64,000 bases of DNA from an uncultured Clostridia bacterium (lineage in GTDB: Bacteria > Bacillota > Clostridia > UBA1212), in assembly GCA_947304585.1 (NCBI GenBank), contig CAMZBI010000008.1, forward strand, positions 2,649 to 66,648, written 5' to 3'. A program made the translations under genes and the position numbers. Numbering within the stretch: the first letter of the stretch is position 1; each line of letters opens with the position of its first letter. Below the pieces are notes generated by a model. That model was not told the origin of the DNA and did not search any database. It worked only from the letters and a program-made list of their open reading frames with translations. Below, in pieces: positions 63,004 to 64,000 of this stretch.

Positions 63004-64000
63004 TCAGCTCTTTTTCTTTCTGATTAACAGAACCACCGTCAAAGCAACTGCCGCACCCGCCAATCCGGCCACGACTGCAATAAGTGCAGCCATAACGATC
63101 TTCAGCGTTCCATCTTTATCCCCTCCGGGCTCCACGGAGTTCTCAGGCCCGTCTGTAGTTTCAGGTGTTCCCGCACTCGGAAGAAGAGTCGCCTCAGGAT
63201 CAGGTGTCGGCGTAATTTCAGGTGCCGCTGTCGCTTCCGGCGTGTTTTCAGGTTCCTTTGTTGGAGCTTCAGTTTCGACTCCGGTAGCCTCTTTGAGGAC
63301 AAAACCGCAGTCGAGGCAGACCATTGGCGTGGTCTCGGTGGCATCCGGTCCGGGTCTGTGGGGCTCCGTTTCGTCGACAGCTTCGCAGCCCTCCCGTATG
63401 CAGGAACGGGCGTGCCCCGTGTCGTCGATTATAGTCCATTCATTGCTCCAGAGGTGGCCCCAGGCTGCCATGTATGCCGTTCCGCAGATATGGCAGTACC
63501 CCTCTTCGACACAGGTTGGCGTGCCTCCGGAGTGTTCTCCGTAGGTACCGTCGATTATCGCCCCGCAGCCCTGCCTGAGACATTTCCTGTAGTGATGTGT
63601 GTCGTCATGCTGCCAGACAGACTCAACATGGCCAAGGGGAGGTATCATTCCCCAATCACTGTCGGTTATCTGGACGAGACCGTCGTCGTTTTCAAAGCAG
63701 GCGCCGCAGGAACAGCGGTAATAAGATGATTTTCCCGGCACAGTACAAGTCGGCGGAACGGTGTCCACAAATTCCAGCTTGTGAGTATGACTTATTGCAG
63801 GAGTTATAACGTATCCGCAGTCTAGACACACCTGTGGCGAGCTGCTCGTGGCGGCAGGTCCCGGTCTGTGGGCCGTGAGTGAACTGTGACTGCCGCAGAG
63901 GTTCGAGCAATAGTGCGCATGGCCTTCCGCAGTAACATAATCCCAGCTGTCCGTCCAGTTGTGGGATCCGGGAGAGCCGTAAGTAAGTCCGCAGATATCG
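63004..64000 (-). CDS. Cys-rich repeat surface protein with Thr/Pro/Glu-rich stalk and C-terminal TM anchor (N-terminus beyond the window)
   Basis: Frame stays open to the window edge. Repeats HRPGP..VCLDCG[YF]V and HTHKLEF..PTC..CSCGAC..GH. The TPEATAAPEITPTPDPE stalk ends in IVMAALIAVVAGLAGAAVALTVVLLIRKKKS. Confidence 0.6.
   Translation of the reverse strand, partial: DICGLTYGSPGSHNWTDSWDYVTAEGHAHYCSNLCGSHSSLTAHRPGPAATSSSPQVCLDCGYVITPAISHTHKLEFVDTVPPTCTVPGKSSYYRCSCGACFENDDGLVQITDSDWGMIPPLGHVESVWQHDDTHHYRKCLRQGCGAIIDGTYGEHSGGTPTCVEEGYCHICGTAYMAAWGHLWSNEWTIIDDTGHARSCIREGCEAVDETEPHRPGPDATETTPMVCLDCGFVLKEATGVETEAPTKEPENTPEATAAPEITPTPDPEATLLPSAGTPETTDGPENSVEPGGDKDGTLKIVMAALIAVVAGLAGAAVALTVVLLIRKKKS

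Overview
This is a 64 kb stretch of a roughly 55% GC Firmicutes (Clostridia-like) chromosome, with almost every gene on the minus strand. (1) 1–8285 holds the S10/spc ribosomal-protein operon, rplR (partial) through rpsJ, with a strong sigma-A-type promoter and a long leader. (2) 8.7–20.3 kb is an AbrB-like regulator plus ABC-2 exporter, followed by a glycan-utilisation cluster: NPCBM-domain protein, GH36-like lipoprotein, Cys-rich lipoprotein, GH99-like enzyme, a 1075-aa glycoside hydrolase and a repeat-containing surface protein. (3) 20.5–35.7 kb is a complete glycyl-radical-enzyme microcompartment (GRM) locus for fucose/rhamnose-derived 1,2-propanediol. Its enzymes are a GRE diol dehydratase and its activase, a class II aldolase with C-terminal encapsulation peptide, a PduP-like aldehyde dehydrogenase, a Zn-alcohol dehydrogenase and a DUF336 protein, the last three with N-terminal encapsulation peptides, plus PduL, a PduS-like protein and an EutP/PduV GTPase. 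Its shell proteins are PduU, five BMC-H, a PduN/EutN vertex protein and PduT. A DeoR regulator and an Fe-ADH sit just downstream. (4) An IS110-family element sits just upstream of the GRM promoter region. (5) Housekeeping genes follow: sugar isomerase, AraC, HAD, priA, GH43, an MsmX-like ABC ATPase, ligA, threonine aldolase and tmRNA. (6) A rhamnoside locus closes the window: GH78 rhamnosidase, GPH transporter, GH3 and AraC. The less ordinary signals are a family of tandem 7-bp repeats (AGTNANC) with GC-rich hairpin modules at three intergenic sites, 23-bp iterons upstream of a DUF4143 ATPase, a BMC-H shell gene with a Lys/Ala/Pro-rich N-terminal tail, a Cys/His cluster in the aldolase encapsulation linker, a Zn-ribbon form of ribosomal protein L24, and a shared Cys-rich extracellular repeat module.
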